This document shows positions 1-8,933 of a stretch of DNA of 53,805 nucleotides, piece after piece (positions within the stretch are counted from its first letter, which is position 1; every line of letters starts with the position of its first letter). The position numbers and the translations under genes are program-made. Below the pieces are notes generated by a model that saw nothing but the letters and a program-made list of their open reading frames with translations, did no database searches and was not told where the DNA came from. The stretch lies in contig JAKASF010000004.1 in NCBI GenBank assembly GCA_021828295.1, positions 1 through 53,805 on the forward strand, written 5' to 3'. The stretch is from Candidatus Micrarchaeota archaeon (GTDB taxonomy: Archaea; Micrarchaeota; Micrarchaeia; Micrarchaeales; CABMGC01).

Positions 1-384
1 ATCGAGAAGAGCGCGTTGCCAAGGGAAGTTATCGAAGCGGCAAAGGGACTCAGGCCCCAGGAGAGTAAGGCCGTGCTTGGAACCAGGGCGGGATCGTATG
101 CGTGGATAGAGAAGCTGCTTGCCAGCCCGATCGCGGACGTAAGGCACAGGTCTGTCAATCTGATTTTTGCGCCGTATCTCGTCAACGTGAAGGGCATGGA
201 CGAGGAGGGCGCGGCAAAGGTGATAATCGACTACATAGAGCGCTGCAAGGCTATAAACCCGAACACGAGAATAAACGAATCGTATATAAGATATCAGTGC
301 AAGTATGCAAAGAGCAAGGGAATGAGGCCGCTCTCGCTCACCAAGGCGAGGGACCTGCTCAAGGAGGTAGCCGAGTTCGAGTGA
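1..384 (+). CDS. priX: PriX-like primase non-catalytic domain, 5'-partial (possibly the C-terminus of a PriL-PriX fusion)
   Basis: Frame open from base 1; WIEKLL..D.RHR...APYLVNVKG.DEE.A...ESYIR...KGMRPLSL resembles crenarchaeal PriX. Confidence 0.7.
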   Translation: MEKSALPREVIEAAKGLRPQESKAVLGTRAGSYAWIEKLLASPIADVRHRSVNLIFAPYLVNVKGMDEEGAAKVIIDYIERCKAINPNTRINESYIRYQCKYAKSKGMRPLSLTKARDLLKEVAEFE

Positions 385-389
385 CGCTT

Positions 390-548
390 ATGGAAGCGAG
401 AAAGTCTTTGGGGATGTGCCACATCTGCGGCAAGCTGGCCACCAACACCTGCCACGCCTGCGGGAAGATGGCATGCGACAAGGATTTCGACTCGCGATTG
501 GGAATCTGCATGGCCTGCAAACGGGGACGAGTGGTAAGCAAGGTCTAG
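390..548 (+). CDS. Small zinc-finger protein (52 aa)
   Basis: ATG at 390 just after upstream stop; CHIC..CHAC..C..CMAC motifs. Confidence 0.7.
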   Translation: MEARKSLGMCHICGKLATNTCHACGKMACDKDFDSRLGICMACKRGRVVSKV

Positions 549-811
549 TAGCCGGTGAAATCCGAAGCGCTTGTGCCCTTCGGGAAGGCCTTGCCGTTCG
601 GCGCCTCTACCGGCAATCCGGTCTCTTCAGATATCTTAGTCAGCTCGGTTAGCTCTATCGTCCTGTCGGTGAAGAGCTCTACGTACTCAATGTTGCCCAG
701 CCTGGTCCTCTTTACAGTGAACGTAATCTGCTGAAACATGCCGCTGCGGTTGACGCGCAGCTTCACGCTGCCCTGCCTGATGATTCCCATCGCCTTGTCT
801 GAAAGCTTCAA
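545..811 (-). CDS. Hypothetical protein (88 aa)
   Basis: Compact protein-like ORF converging on the zinc-finger gene; AT-rich promoter-like region at 830-860. Confidence 0.6.
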   Translation of the reverse strand: MKLSDKAMGIIRQGSVKLRVNRSGMFQQITFTVKRTRLGNIEYVELFTDRTIELTELTKISEETGLPVEAPNGKAFPKGTSASDFTGY

Positions 812-873
812 AGCCGCGCCTCTACGATGATAGATAACATACGAATATTAACATTTTGAGCTTATTACCTCTG

Positions 874-1230
874 ATGGTCGACCAATACCTTCAGGTGCTC
901 ATTTTTGCTGTGATAGCGGTGCTGGTCCCCGTTTCCACGCTCTTATTCTCCAAGATGGTCAGGCCGAGGAGCGACAAGAACGATGTCAAGACGCTCGTAT
1001 ACGAGAGCGCAGAGGAGAGCCTGGGGCAGAAGGTGGAGATAATGCACGAGTACCTGCACTACTTCGTGGCCTTCCTCGCATTCGAGATAATAGGGGTCAT
1101 AGTGATAATATGGTCGACTTTTACGAGAGGCGTGCAGGGTTCCAGCGGCCTGTATATGGTGCTGCTGCTCATCTTCGGATTGGTGTTTGAGGCGCTCCTG
1201 CTAGCAATCAGCAGGAGCAAGGTGCAATAG
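874..1230 (+). CDS. nuoA: Complex I-like subunit A
   Basis: Three TM helices with K...YES loop; first gene of nuo cluster. Confidence 0.85.
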   Translation: MVDQYLQVLIFAVIAVLVPVSTLLFSKMVRPRSDKNDVKTLVYESAEESLGQKVEIMHEYLHYFVAFLAFEIIGVIVIIWSTFTRGVQGSSGLYMVLLLIFGLVFEALLLAISRSKVQ

Positions 1231-1377
1231 ATGGAGGTTTTGGAATGCGGATGTAGGATAGACGAAGGTGTCTTCATTGTGGGGAGCAACTGCACGTACT
1301 GCAAGGAGTGCAACGCCGTGGCTCAGATGCACCCGTTTGGGGACAAGCGGCTTGCAGATTTCGTAAAGGAGCGATAG
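1231..1377 (+). CDS. Small Cys-rich protein (48 aa), absent from ORF track
   Basis: Hand translation MEVLECGCRIDEGVFIVGSNCTYCKECNAVAQMHPFGDKRLADFVKER*; fills the nuoA-nuoB gap exactly (0 and 1 bp spacers). Confidence 0.75.
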   Translation: MEVLECGCRIDEGVFIVGSNCTYCKECNAVAQMHPFGDKRLADFVKER

Positions 1378-1378
1378 G

Positions 1379-1948
1379 ATGGAGGACCAGCCGTACAGCA
1401 AGGAGAGATTCCTGAACGCGGAGAAGGAGATGAGCGAGCTGGTAAAGGCATCGATGGCTGGGCATGAGAGCAAGCCCAATGTCATGTTCGCAAAGCTGTC
1501 AGAGGTGAGCAAGGCGCTCTCGAAGGGGCTCGTAGACTGGTCGAGGGTGAGGTCGCTGTGGCCGCTGCAGTTCGGGCTGTCGTGCTGCGCAATGGAGCTG
1601 ATGGACTTCGGATCCGCGCGAATCGATGCGGAACGCAGAGGCTACCTGTTCTTCAGGGCAACGCCCCGCCAGGCGGATGTCATGGTCGTCGCCGGCTGGG
1701 TGACAAAGTCGATGGTGCCTGAGATAAAGAGGCTGTACGAGCAGATGCTGAAGCCGAAGTACGTGATCGCTTACGGGGAGTGCGCCACATGCGGTGGGCC
1801 GTGGTGGGAGAGCTACAACATAATCAAGGGCATCGACCAGGTGCTGCCCGTGGACGTATACGTCGTCGGCTGCCCTCCAAAGCCCGAAAACCTTTACGCT
1901 GGATTCATGAAGCTGCAGAAGAAGATCGGTGGAGAGATTGAAGATTGA
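1379..1948 (+). CDS. nuoB: Complex I-like subunit B
   Basis: GLSCCAME, PRQADV, GECA..GG, VDVYVVGCPP (N2 cluster ligands). Confidence 0.95.
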   Translation: MEDQPYSKERFLNAEKEMSELVKASMAGHESKPNVMFAKLSEVSKALSKGLVDWSRVRSLWPLQFGLSCCAMELMDFGSARIDAERRGYLFFRATPRQADVMVVAGWVTKSMVPEIKRLYEQMLKPKYVIAYGECATCGGPWWESYNIIKGIDQVLPVDVYVVGCPPKPENLYAGFMKLQKKIGGEIED

Positions 1949-2306
1949 GAGAAGCGAGCTTGGCAAGAAGGCAGGAGAGCTGAAAGCTCAGGGTTACTCG
2001 TATCTGGTCAAGATCACCGCGGTAGATTACGAGAAGTACATAGAAGTGGTCTACATGCTTAGGAACCTCTCGGAGAACAGGGATGAGACGCTTGAGGTGG
2101 ATGTCGACCCTGCGGATGCATGGGTGCCGACGGTGATTCGAGAGTTCCCAGCGGCTGACTGGTACGAGCGCGAGATGTTCGAGATGTTTGGCATAGAGAT
2201 CAAGGGCCGCGAGGCACGCAGACTGCTGCTCGAGAAGTGGAACGGGAAGCCAGCACCGCTCAGGAAGAACTTTGTGTGGAACGCGCCATACGAGACTAGC
2301 GATTGA
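1929..2306 (+). CDS. nuoC: Complex I-like subunit C
   Basis: ITAVDY, AADWYEREMFEMFGI, PLRK. Confidence 0.93.
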   Translation: MERLKIERSELGKKAGELKAQGYSYLVKITAVDYEKYIEVVYMLRNLSENRDETLEVDVDPADAWVPTVIREFPAADWYEREMFEMFGIEIKGREARRLLLEKWNGKPAPLRKNFVWNAPYETSD

Positions 2307-2307
2307 G

Positions 2308-3399
2308 ATGGTGACAAGAATAAACATAGGCCCTGTGCATCCGAGCACACACGGGGTGCTGCGGCTTGTCGCAGACGTGGACGGAGATACCGTGGTGAAC
2401 CTAGAGCCGCACATTGGCTTCCTGCACAGGGGCGTGGAGAAGCTGGTCGAGACCCGGATGTATATGCAGAACCCACCTTACATGGAGAAGCTTGACTACA
2501 TCGCGCCGATGTCGTACGACGATGCTTACGTGGCAACTGTGGAGAAGGCGATGGGGGTGGAGGTGAAGGAAAGGGCGATGTGGGTGAGAACTGTGCTGCT
2601 AGAGCTGCAGCGAATCGCAAGCCACCTGCTTTGGCTCGGCACGATGGCGAACGACGTGGGCCAGTTCTTCACAGTGTTCATGTGGGCGTTCACTGACAGG
2701 GACATGGTCATGCGCCTGCTCGAGGAGGCGTCTGGAGCGAGGATGTTCTACGTTAACATGAGGATAGGCGGGCTGATAAGGGACCTGCCGCCGGGGTTCG
2801 GCGAGAAGGCCGGGGAGGTGCTGGCGTACATCGAGAAACGGATCAAGAAGTACGAGAACTTCCTTGAGAAGGACCCGCTCTTTACCGAAAGGATGAAGGG
2901 CATCGGAGTCCTGAGCAGGGAGAGGGCCATAGAGCTGGGGGTTACTGGACCAGTGCTGCGCGGTTCGGGGGTCGGCTACGACGTGAGGAAGAACAACGCA
3001 TATTACGTCTACGACAAGCTGAACTTCAGGCCGCAGACAAGGAGCGATGGCGACTGCTTCGCCAGATACAAGGTGAGAATGCTCGAGATGGCGGAGAGCA
3101 TAAGGCTCGTGAGGGAGGCGTTGGCAAAGATGCCAGAAGGTGACGCGCTCGGCATGCCCATAAAGCTGATACTCCCAAGCGCGAAGAACAGGATGGTATC
3201 GCTGAGCAGGGAGACGCCGAGGGGCGAATGCCTGATGTACATGGTCGCGGATTCGCAGAAGCCATACAGGCTCTCGATACGCGCGCCGACGTTCATCAAC
3301 CTCGCCGCAATGCCCGAGATCTCGAGGGGCTGCAGGACCGCGGACATCTTCGCGATAAGCGGCAGCCTGGACCTTGTGATGGGCGACGTAGATAGGTGA
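2308..3399 (+). CDS. nuoD: Complex I-like subunit D
   Basis: NIGPVHPSTHGVLRL, GFLHRGVEK, ETPRGE, DLVMGDVDR; no NiFe CxxC motifs. Confidence 0.95.
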   Translation: MVTRINIGPVHPSTHGVLRLVADVDGDTVVNLEPHIGFLHRGVEKLVETRMYMQNPPYMEKLDYIAPMSYDDAYVATVEKAMGVEVKERAMWVRTVLLELQRIASHLLWLGTMANDVGQFFTVFMWAFTDRDMVMRLLEEASGARMFYVNMRIGGLIRDLPPGFGEKAGEVLAYIEKRIKKYENFLEKDPLFTERMKGIGVLSRERAIELGVTGPVLRGSGVGYDVRKNNAYYVYDKLNFRPQTRSDGDCFARYKVRMLEMAESIRLVREALAKMPEGDALGMPIKLILPSAKNRMVSLSRETPRGECLMYMVADSQKPYRLSIRAPTFINLAAMPEISRGCRTADIFAISGSLDLVMGDVDR

Positions 3400-3403
3400 G
3401 CCT

Positions 3404-4399
3404 GTGCCGATAACATCGATCGTTTCCGGCTATCTGCATCTCAGCGGCACGCTTGCTACCGCGGCGGACACGATCGCTTACGCGGTTGCAATATCAATAC
3501 TGATAGTCGCGTTCGATTACGTGTTCGGCTGGCTAGAGAGGAAGACTATAGCGAAGATACAGAAAAGGCACGGCCCGACATACGCAGGCAAGTACGGCAT
3601 ACTTCAGAACATGGCCGACTTCGTAAAGCTGCTCTCGAAGGAGCACGTTGCCCCGAAGAGGGCCGACGGGCTCCTGTTCCTCAGCACCATACCCATAATG
3701 CTCGCCCTGACAATATTCCTCGTCTTCCTGCTGCCCCTGGCACCGACGCTTCTCGAGACCAATCTCGGATTTGGGCTCCTGGTCGTTTTCGTGCTGCTCT
3801 CGTTCATGCCGCTCATAATATTCGCCAACGGGTTCGGAAGCGGAAACAAGTTCGCTGCCATAAGCGCCCAGAGGTCCGTTGTGATGCTGCTAAGCTATGA
3901 GATACCGCTGATATTCGTAATCGCTTCTGTGGGTGCGCTCGCCGGAAGCTACAACCTGGCAAGCGTGGTCAACGCGCAGAGCCAGTGGTGGTTCGCACTG
4001 CTTATGCCGATAGGTTTCGTGGTCTTCTTCGTCGCCATGCTCGCCGAGCTCGAGAGGCCGCCGTTCGACATACGCGAAGCAGACAACGAGCTGATCGCGG
4101 GATGGCTCACGGACGTGAGCGCCCCTTACTACGTGCTCGCCCTCTTCCTCGATTACAGCCGCATGTTTCTTGGCAGCCTCCTGATCGCGATACTCTTCTT
4201 CGGGGGGTGGAGCGGCCCGCTTCTCCCTCCGGTTGTGTGGCTGCTGATCAAGGTTTTCGTAATCTCGTTCTTCATAATGGTAATCAGGGCGACGATGGTG
4301 CGCATGAGGATAGACAGGCTGCTTCGTTTCGGCTGGACCTGGCTGCTGCCGCTATCGCTGATTAATTTAATACTTACCTATCTAGTATTTATCGGGTGA
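3404..4399 (+). CDS. nuoH: Complex I-like subunit H
   Basis: ERK..A.IQ.R.GP, ADFVKLLSKE, AELERPPFDIREA. Confidence 0.95.
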   Translation: MPITSIVSGYLHLSGTLATAADTIAYAVAISILIVAFDYVFGWLERKTIAKIQKRHGPTYAGKYGILQNMADFVKLLSKEHVAPKRADGLLFLSTIPIMLALTIFLVFLLPLAPTLLETNLGFGLLVVFVLLSFMPLIIFANGFGSGNKFAAISAQRSVVMLLSYEIPLIFVIASVGALAGSYNLASVVNAQSQWWFALLMPIGFVVFFVAMLAELERPPFDIREADNELIAGWLTDVSAPYYVLALFLDYSRMFLGSLLIAILFFGGWSGPLLPPVVWLLIKVFVISFFIMVIRATMVRMRIDRLLRFGWTWLLPLSLINLILTYLVFIG

Positions 4400-4403
4400 C
4401 CGC

Positions 4404-4769
4404 ATGGTGCTGAAGCCGCTGCTTGAGAGCATAAAGAGCTTGGGAGAGGAACGCTTCACTGTCGAGTTCCCCGAAACGCGGGAGTCGCTTGACGACCGCG
4501 AGAGGTACATGTTCAGGCTCGACATGGACACGTGCATAAGCTGCTCCGCGTGCGAACGCATCTGCCCGAACAAGACCATAACGATGGTTGAGGTAATCAC
4601 CGGGAGGGGGCCAAAGGTGATGCCCCAGATCGGCATAGAGCGCTGCCTCTTCTGCGGCCTCTGCGAGGAGGTGTGCCCGCCGAAGTGCCTCACGCTGACC
4701 AAGGGATACGAATTCGAGGCCTACGACAAGAGGAACTTCATAAAGAGGCCGGAGGAGCTTCAGGGATAG
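4404..4769 (+). CDS. nuoI: Complex I-like subunit I (2x[4Fe-4S])
   Basis: CISCSACERICP and CLFCGLCEEVCP. Confidence 0.93.
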   Translation: MVLKPLLESIKSLGEERFTVEFPETRESLDDRERYMFRLDMDTCISCSACERICPNKTITMVEVITGRGPKVMPQIGIERCLFCGLCEEVCPPKCLTLTKGYEFEAYDKRNFIKRPEELQG

Positions 4770-4772
4770 GCG

Positions 4773-5246
4773 ATGCCTATTGAATCTTTGGAGATTCTGC
4801 TTGCTGCGGTAACCGTAGGGTCGGGGGCAGCTCTCTTCCTCCAGAAACGGCTGATGCGCTCTGTAATATTTCTCGCGCTTGCGGCGGTTGGGAGCTCGCT
4901 CATCTTCATTTACATAGGGCAGACGCTCGTAGCCCTGCTGCAGCTCCTTGTGTTCGTAGGCGGCCTATCCACCTACCTGATCGTTGCGGTTGCGGCTGAG
5001 GAGAAGCAGGTCAAGATGAGGAACGTATTCGTATTCGCAGCCTCTGCAATCGTATTGGCAGTGGGCTTCGTAGCTGCGCTTTCTGGATTAGGGCCGACAC
5101 AGGTCTCTGGGAACGCTTTCTCCGGGGCTGCACAGAACGCTTTCTCCGAGTACTATGCCGTGCTGTTCGCCTCTGTCTTCCTGCTGTTTGCCGTTGCCGT
5201 AGGAAGCGTGGCTGTCATAAAGAAGTTTGCGAAACTGGTTGTTTGA
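4773..5246 (+). CDS. nuoJ: Complex I-like subunit J
   Basis: Hydrophobic, ALLQLLVFVGG, operon position. Confidence 0.85.
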   Translation: MPIESLEILLAAVTVGSGAALFLQKRLMRSVIFLALAAVGSSLIFIYIGQTLVALLQLLVFVGGLSTYLIVAVAAEEKQVKMRNVFVFAASAIVLAVGFVAALSGLGPTQVSGNAFSGAAQNAFSEYYAVLFASVFLLFAVAVGSVAVIKKFAKLVV

Positions 5247-5548
5247 TGATAAGCTACATTTTGATCGGCGCGGTTGCGCTCCTGGCAGTGGCGCTAGCGG
5301 GCATAATATCCGATAGGCACTTTGTTGTGATAATGCTGGCTGTAGAGCTAATGTTCGTGTTCAGCAGCATACTCCTTGTGTATTTCTTCTCCTACTCTGC
5401 AAACCCCGACTCATCAGCTGTACCGATGCTAATTGCTATATGGTCAGTGGCCGCTGTCGAGGTCATCACACTCATAACATTTTACGTTTACATGAAGTCG
5501 CGTGGCTTCGATTTCGATGTCACCAGGCTTTCGAAACTGAGAGGATAG
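5243..5548 (+). CDS. nuoK: Complex I-like subunit K
   Basis: Three TM helices with conserved Glu (AVELM, AAVE). Confidence 0.88.
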   Translation: MMISYILIGAVALLAVALAGIISDRHFVVIMLAVELMFVFSSILLVYFFSYSANPDSSAVPMLIAIWSVAAVEVITLITFYVYMKSRGFDFDVTRLSKLRG

Positions 5549-5549
5549 A

Positions 5550-7313
5550 TTGACACCGTTCGCTATTCTTATCCCGATGCTGGCCGCCATAATAGCTGTG
5601 GCCGTGGACTCGAACCACAACAGGGCCAAGTACTACGCGATTGCAGGCGCTGCAATCTCGCTGCTCATGTTCCCGCTCGCTGACAAGGGCGTGGAAACCA
5701 CAACCTGGTTCTCGATAGGCGGCGTCGGGATCACGCTCACCTCATCGGTAATGCCGATAAACGAGCTACTGATGCTGCTCGTGCTCGGCATAGGGCTTCT
5801 GGTTCTCGTCTACTCTGCGGGATTCATCGACCTACCAAGCGAGCAGAGGAGGTACTACGCCGAGATGCTGGCGTTTGAATCGGCGATGCTGGCGTTCGCG
5901 ATGGCCGGAGACTTCGTCGTGCTCTTCATCGCATGGGAGTTCCTGAGCCTGACAAGCTACCTGCTCATAGGCTTCTGGTACGACAGGGAGAAGGCGATTG
6001 CAGCGGCGAGGAAGGCCATAACAATAGTGCTTATAGGAGACATTGCGCTGCTTGCGGCGATGGTGATGCTGCAGAACGAGTTCGGCAGCCTCCAGTTCGG
6101 AACGATATTGGCGGGGATCGGCGCATCTGGATTGCCGCTGGCGCCCATCGCCCTGCTCCTCGTAGCGATCTTCTCAAAGTCGGCCCAGTTCCCTCTCGAG
6201 GAGTGGCTGCCCGACGCGATGGAGGGACCGACGCCTGTTTCCGCATTCCTGCATAGCAGCACAATGGTAAAAGCGGGCGTCTTCGTAACGATAGTCCTCT
6301 TCCCCCTGTTTTCAGCAGCGGGAGTACTGCCGTTCATGCTTGCTATCGGGGCGGTAACAACCGCGATAGGGATATTCGGCGCTACAACAGAGACGCACGT
6401 GAAGCGCGTGCTCGCCTACTCGACAATCGAGGAGCTGGGAATAATGATAGTTGCCGTAGCTGGCAACGCGCTCCTCGCCGCCATATACTTCTTCTTCGCT
6501 CAGAGCTTCTACAAGGCGCTCCTCTTCTTCAGCGCCGGCAGCACAATGAAGGCCACAGGGGAAGAAGACCTCAGGAAGATAGGTGGCATAGGCCAGAACA
6601 GGCTCATCTACATAACCACTCTCTTCGGGGTGCTTGCACTCGCTGGATTCGTCCCGTTCGACGGATTCTTTGCAAATGCGGGAGTGGATTCTGCGTTTGC
6701 GGCCAATCTGATTGCGTACGCACTCATGCTGCTTGTCAGCCTGACGACGAGCTTCTACATATTCAGGTGGCTCTTCATGCAGTCAAAGAAGAGCCCGAGC
6801 CAGAGGACGAATCTCGACTACGCGGCCGCTCCCAGAACTATGACCTACAGCACGGCTGTGCTTGCTGCCTTAGTCCTTGCCGCCAGCGCGGTGTTCTTTC
6901 TGGCGCCGAGCCTGTTTCCCGGAACAGCAGGAGCTCAGTTGAACACGAACCCGAGCGATGCTGTGGCGGAGACTGCAGTGGTGACTGTTGGAGTGGGGAT
7001 TGCCTACTTCATCTACGCCAGCAAGAGGAAGAGCAGACTAAGAAAGTTAATGCCAGAAGTTGTGGCGAACAGGGTGTACACTGCTACGGTGATGAACTCC
7101 GCATACAATCACATAGCGTACTTTGTAGAGGCGTTGGCCGAAGGGTTCGCATACATAGACTTCAAGCTTAACGCGGCATTTGACCTCTTCGGGCACGCGG
7201 TAATAGGGATGTCGCATGGTGTCCGCAGGATATCGAGCGGAAGCATCAACGCCTATGTGGCGCTGTTTGCGCTGGGAACTTTGGTGCTTGTGCTGGTAGT
7301 GGTGGCGGTCTGA
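5550..7313 (+). CDS. nuoL: Complex I-like subunit L
   Basis: WEFLSLTSYLLIGFW, KSAQFPL..WLPDAMEGPTPVSAFLHSSTMVKAG; TTG start. Confidence 0.95.
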   Translation: MTPFAILIPMLAAIIAVAVDSNHNRAKYYAIAGAAISLLMFPLADKGVETTTWFSIGGVGITLTSSVMPINELLMLLVLGIGLLVLVYSAGFIDLPSEQRRYYAEMLAFESAMLAFAMAGDFVVLFIAWEFLSLTSYLLIGFWYDREKAIAAARKAITIVLIGDIALLAAMVMLQNEFGSLQFGTILAGIGASGLPLAPIALLLVAIFSKSAQFPLEEWLPDAMEGPTPVSAFLHSSTMVKAGVFVTIVLFPLFSAAGVLPFMLAIGAVTTAIGIFGATTETHVKRVLAYSTIEELGIMIVAVAGNALLAAIYFFFAQSFYKALLFFSAGSTMKATGEEDLRKIGGIGQNRLIYITTLFGVLALAGFVPFDGFFANAGVDSAFAANLIAYALMLLVSLTTSFYIFRWLFMQSKKSPSQRTNLDYAAAPRTMTYSTAVLAALVLAASAVFFLAPSLFPGTAGAQLNTNPSDAVAETAVVTVGVGIAYFIYASKRKSRLRKLMPEVVANRVYTATVMNSAYNHIAYFVEALAEGFAYIDFKLNAAFDLFGHAVIGMSHGVRRISSGSINAYVALFALGTLVLVLVVVAV

Positions 7314-8920
7314 TGTTTGAGGCGTATATTCTTGCTACTGTACTTGCGATACTCGCACTAGGAAACATAATCCTGAAGGTGTACGGGAACAAACGTGCGC
7401 TCCTCGCGTTCAACATAATTGTGCTTGCGGTGCTCCTGGCAAGAGCGTGGTTGTTCGGGGGCAGCCCTGGGACCTATTTCAACCTCCTCTCATCCAACCC
7501 CTTCTCGCTCTTCTTCATCATGCTCTTCACGGCTTCGATGATACTGCTGAATCTTGTTGCCTACGCGAGATCAAAGGACTATGAGAACTTCGCTATGCTC
7601 GGTTCGTTCGCGCTGGTCGGAATGTACCTCGTAGCGTCTTCGGTCTCGCTCATCTCAATCTTCCTCGGCCTCGAGCTGATGAGCATACCATCAGCGTTCA
7701 TCGTGCTGCTCTCGAGAAGGGGCGCGCTCGAAGCGGCAACCAAGCTCTTCATCATGGCATCGGTAGCCATCGCCTTCCTCTCGTTCGCCATAGTGCTTGT
7801 CTACGGATCTGCAAACTCGCTGACCCTCTCCGGACAGCAGCAGAGCAGCGTGATGTACTTCGCTCTTGTACTCTTCGTTGCCGCGTTGGGCTTCGAGGCC
7901 TCTATATTCCCATTCAACGTGCTGCTGCCTGACGTCTATCAGGGCTCGGCGGGATATGCGACGGCCATGCTCGGGGGACTGAACAAGAAGGTTGGGCTGG
8001 TTGCGCTGATGCAGGTGCTTATACTCGTCTTTATCTCATTCCATCTGGCGTTCGAGATCGTTGCGGCGCTTGCAGTACTTACGATGTTCTACGGCAACAT
8101 TGTAGCGCTGCTGCAGGATAACCTGAAGCGCATGCTCGCCTACTCATCCATATCGCAAGCCGGATACATACTGATAGGAATAGCGGTGGGAAATGCTGCG
8201 GGCCTGGGTGGCAGCGCCTTCCAGATATTTGCGCACGCCTTCCTTTTCATAGGAGCGATGAGCATCATCGCGTGGCTGGAGAGCAGGGACAGGAACGAGA
8301 TAAACGACCTCATTGGGCTCTATAGGGAGAACCGCTTCGCCGCTGTGTCGCTGACCATCTTCATGCTCTCCTTGGTGGGCCTCCCGTTCACGACAGGGTT
8401 CTTCGGAAAGTTCCTCATATTCCTCAGCGCGGTCAACTCGGGCCTGGCCTGGCTTGCGTTCATCGGCATAATCAACAGCGTCATATCCGTGTTTTACTAC
8501 GCCAAGGTGCTTACCGCAATGTACACAGGCAAGCTTGGTTCGTACAGCATGAATCTGGATCGGCCGACGCTCGCGGTAGTTATCCTCTGCTTAGGCGTCA
8601 CGCTGCTGTTTGGAGCTTACCCGCAGCCTGTGGCCCAGTTGGCGGAAGGAGCAGGTGGCTACCTGTTCGCAAATGCTACCGCGGCGAACCTGACCAACCA
8701 GACACAGACAGCAAGCTCGACAACAAGCGCGATGACTACATCGCTGATTACTACTCTAAACACCACCTCGACTAGCACATCAAGCACTATCAGTGCCACC
8801 ACGCAAAGCAGCACCAGCAGCGCCACCACCACAGTGAACGTCACCTCAAGCGCGAGCACCACAACGCTCAACGCTACCACCACTGCGCTAATAGGAATAG
8901 GCATAAGGACTGGGGGCTAA
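7313..8920 (+). CDS. nuoN: Complex I-like subunit N with Ser/Thr-rich C-terminal extension
   Basis: FLGLELMS, EAATKLF, PDVYQG, KRMLAYSSISQAGY, GLP.T.GF.GK. Confidence 0.92.
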   Translation: MFEAYILATVLAILALGNIILKVYGNKRALLAFNIIVLAVLLARAWLFGGSPGTYFNLLSSNPFSLFFIMLFTASMILLNLVAYARSKDYENFAMLGSFALVGMYLVASSVSLISIFLGLELMSIPSAFIVLLSRRGALEAATKLFIMASVAIAFLSFAIVLVYGSANSLTLSGQQQSSVMYFALVLFVAALGFEASIFPFNVLLPDVYQGSAGYATAMLGGLNKKVGLVALMQVLILVFISFHLAFEIVAALAVLTMFYGNIVALLQDNLKRMLAYSSISQAGYILIGIAVGNAAGLGGSAFQIFAHAFLFIGAMSIIAWLESRDRNEINDLIGLYRENRFAAVSLTIFMLSLVGLPFTTGFFGKFLIFLSAVNSGLAWLAFIGIINSVISVFYYAKVLTAMYTGKLGSYSMNLDRPTLAVVILCLGVTLLFGAYPQPVAQLAEGAGGYLFANATAANLTNQTQTASSTTSAMTTSLITTLNTTSTSTSSTISATTQSSTSSATTTVNVTSSASTTTLNATTTALIGIGIRTGG

Positions 8921-8933
8921 CAGCCGTATTTGG

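Noticed and set aside
102-389. 5' extension of the 148-aa ORF
   Set aside because: Overlaps the PriX-like gene out of frame; the real gene likely starts at ATG 390.
2308-3399. Group 4 NiFe hydrogenase large subunit
   Set aside because: No CxxC nickel-binding motifs at either end.
5111-5148. 14-bp direct repeat gaacgctttctccg in nuoJ
   Set aside because: Only two copies, in frame (NAFS twice); a local duplication, not a CRISPR array.
8700-8890. Low-complexity acc/agc-rich DNA as a repeat array
   Set aside because: Explained by Thr/Ser codons of the NuoN tail.
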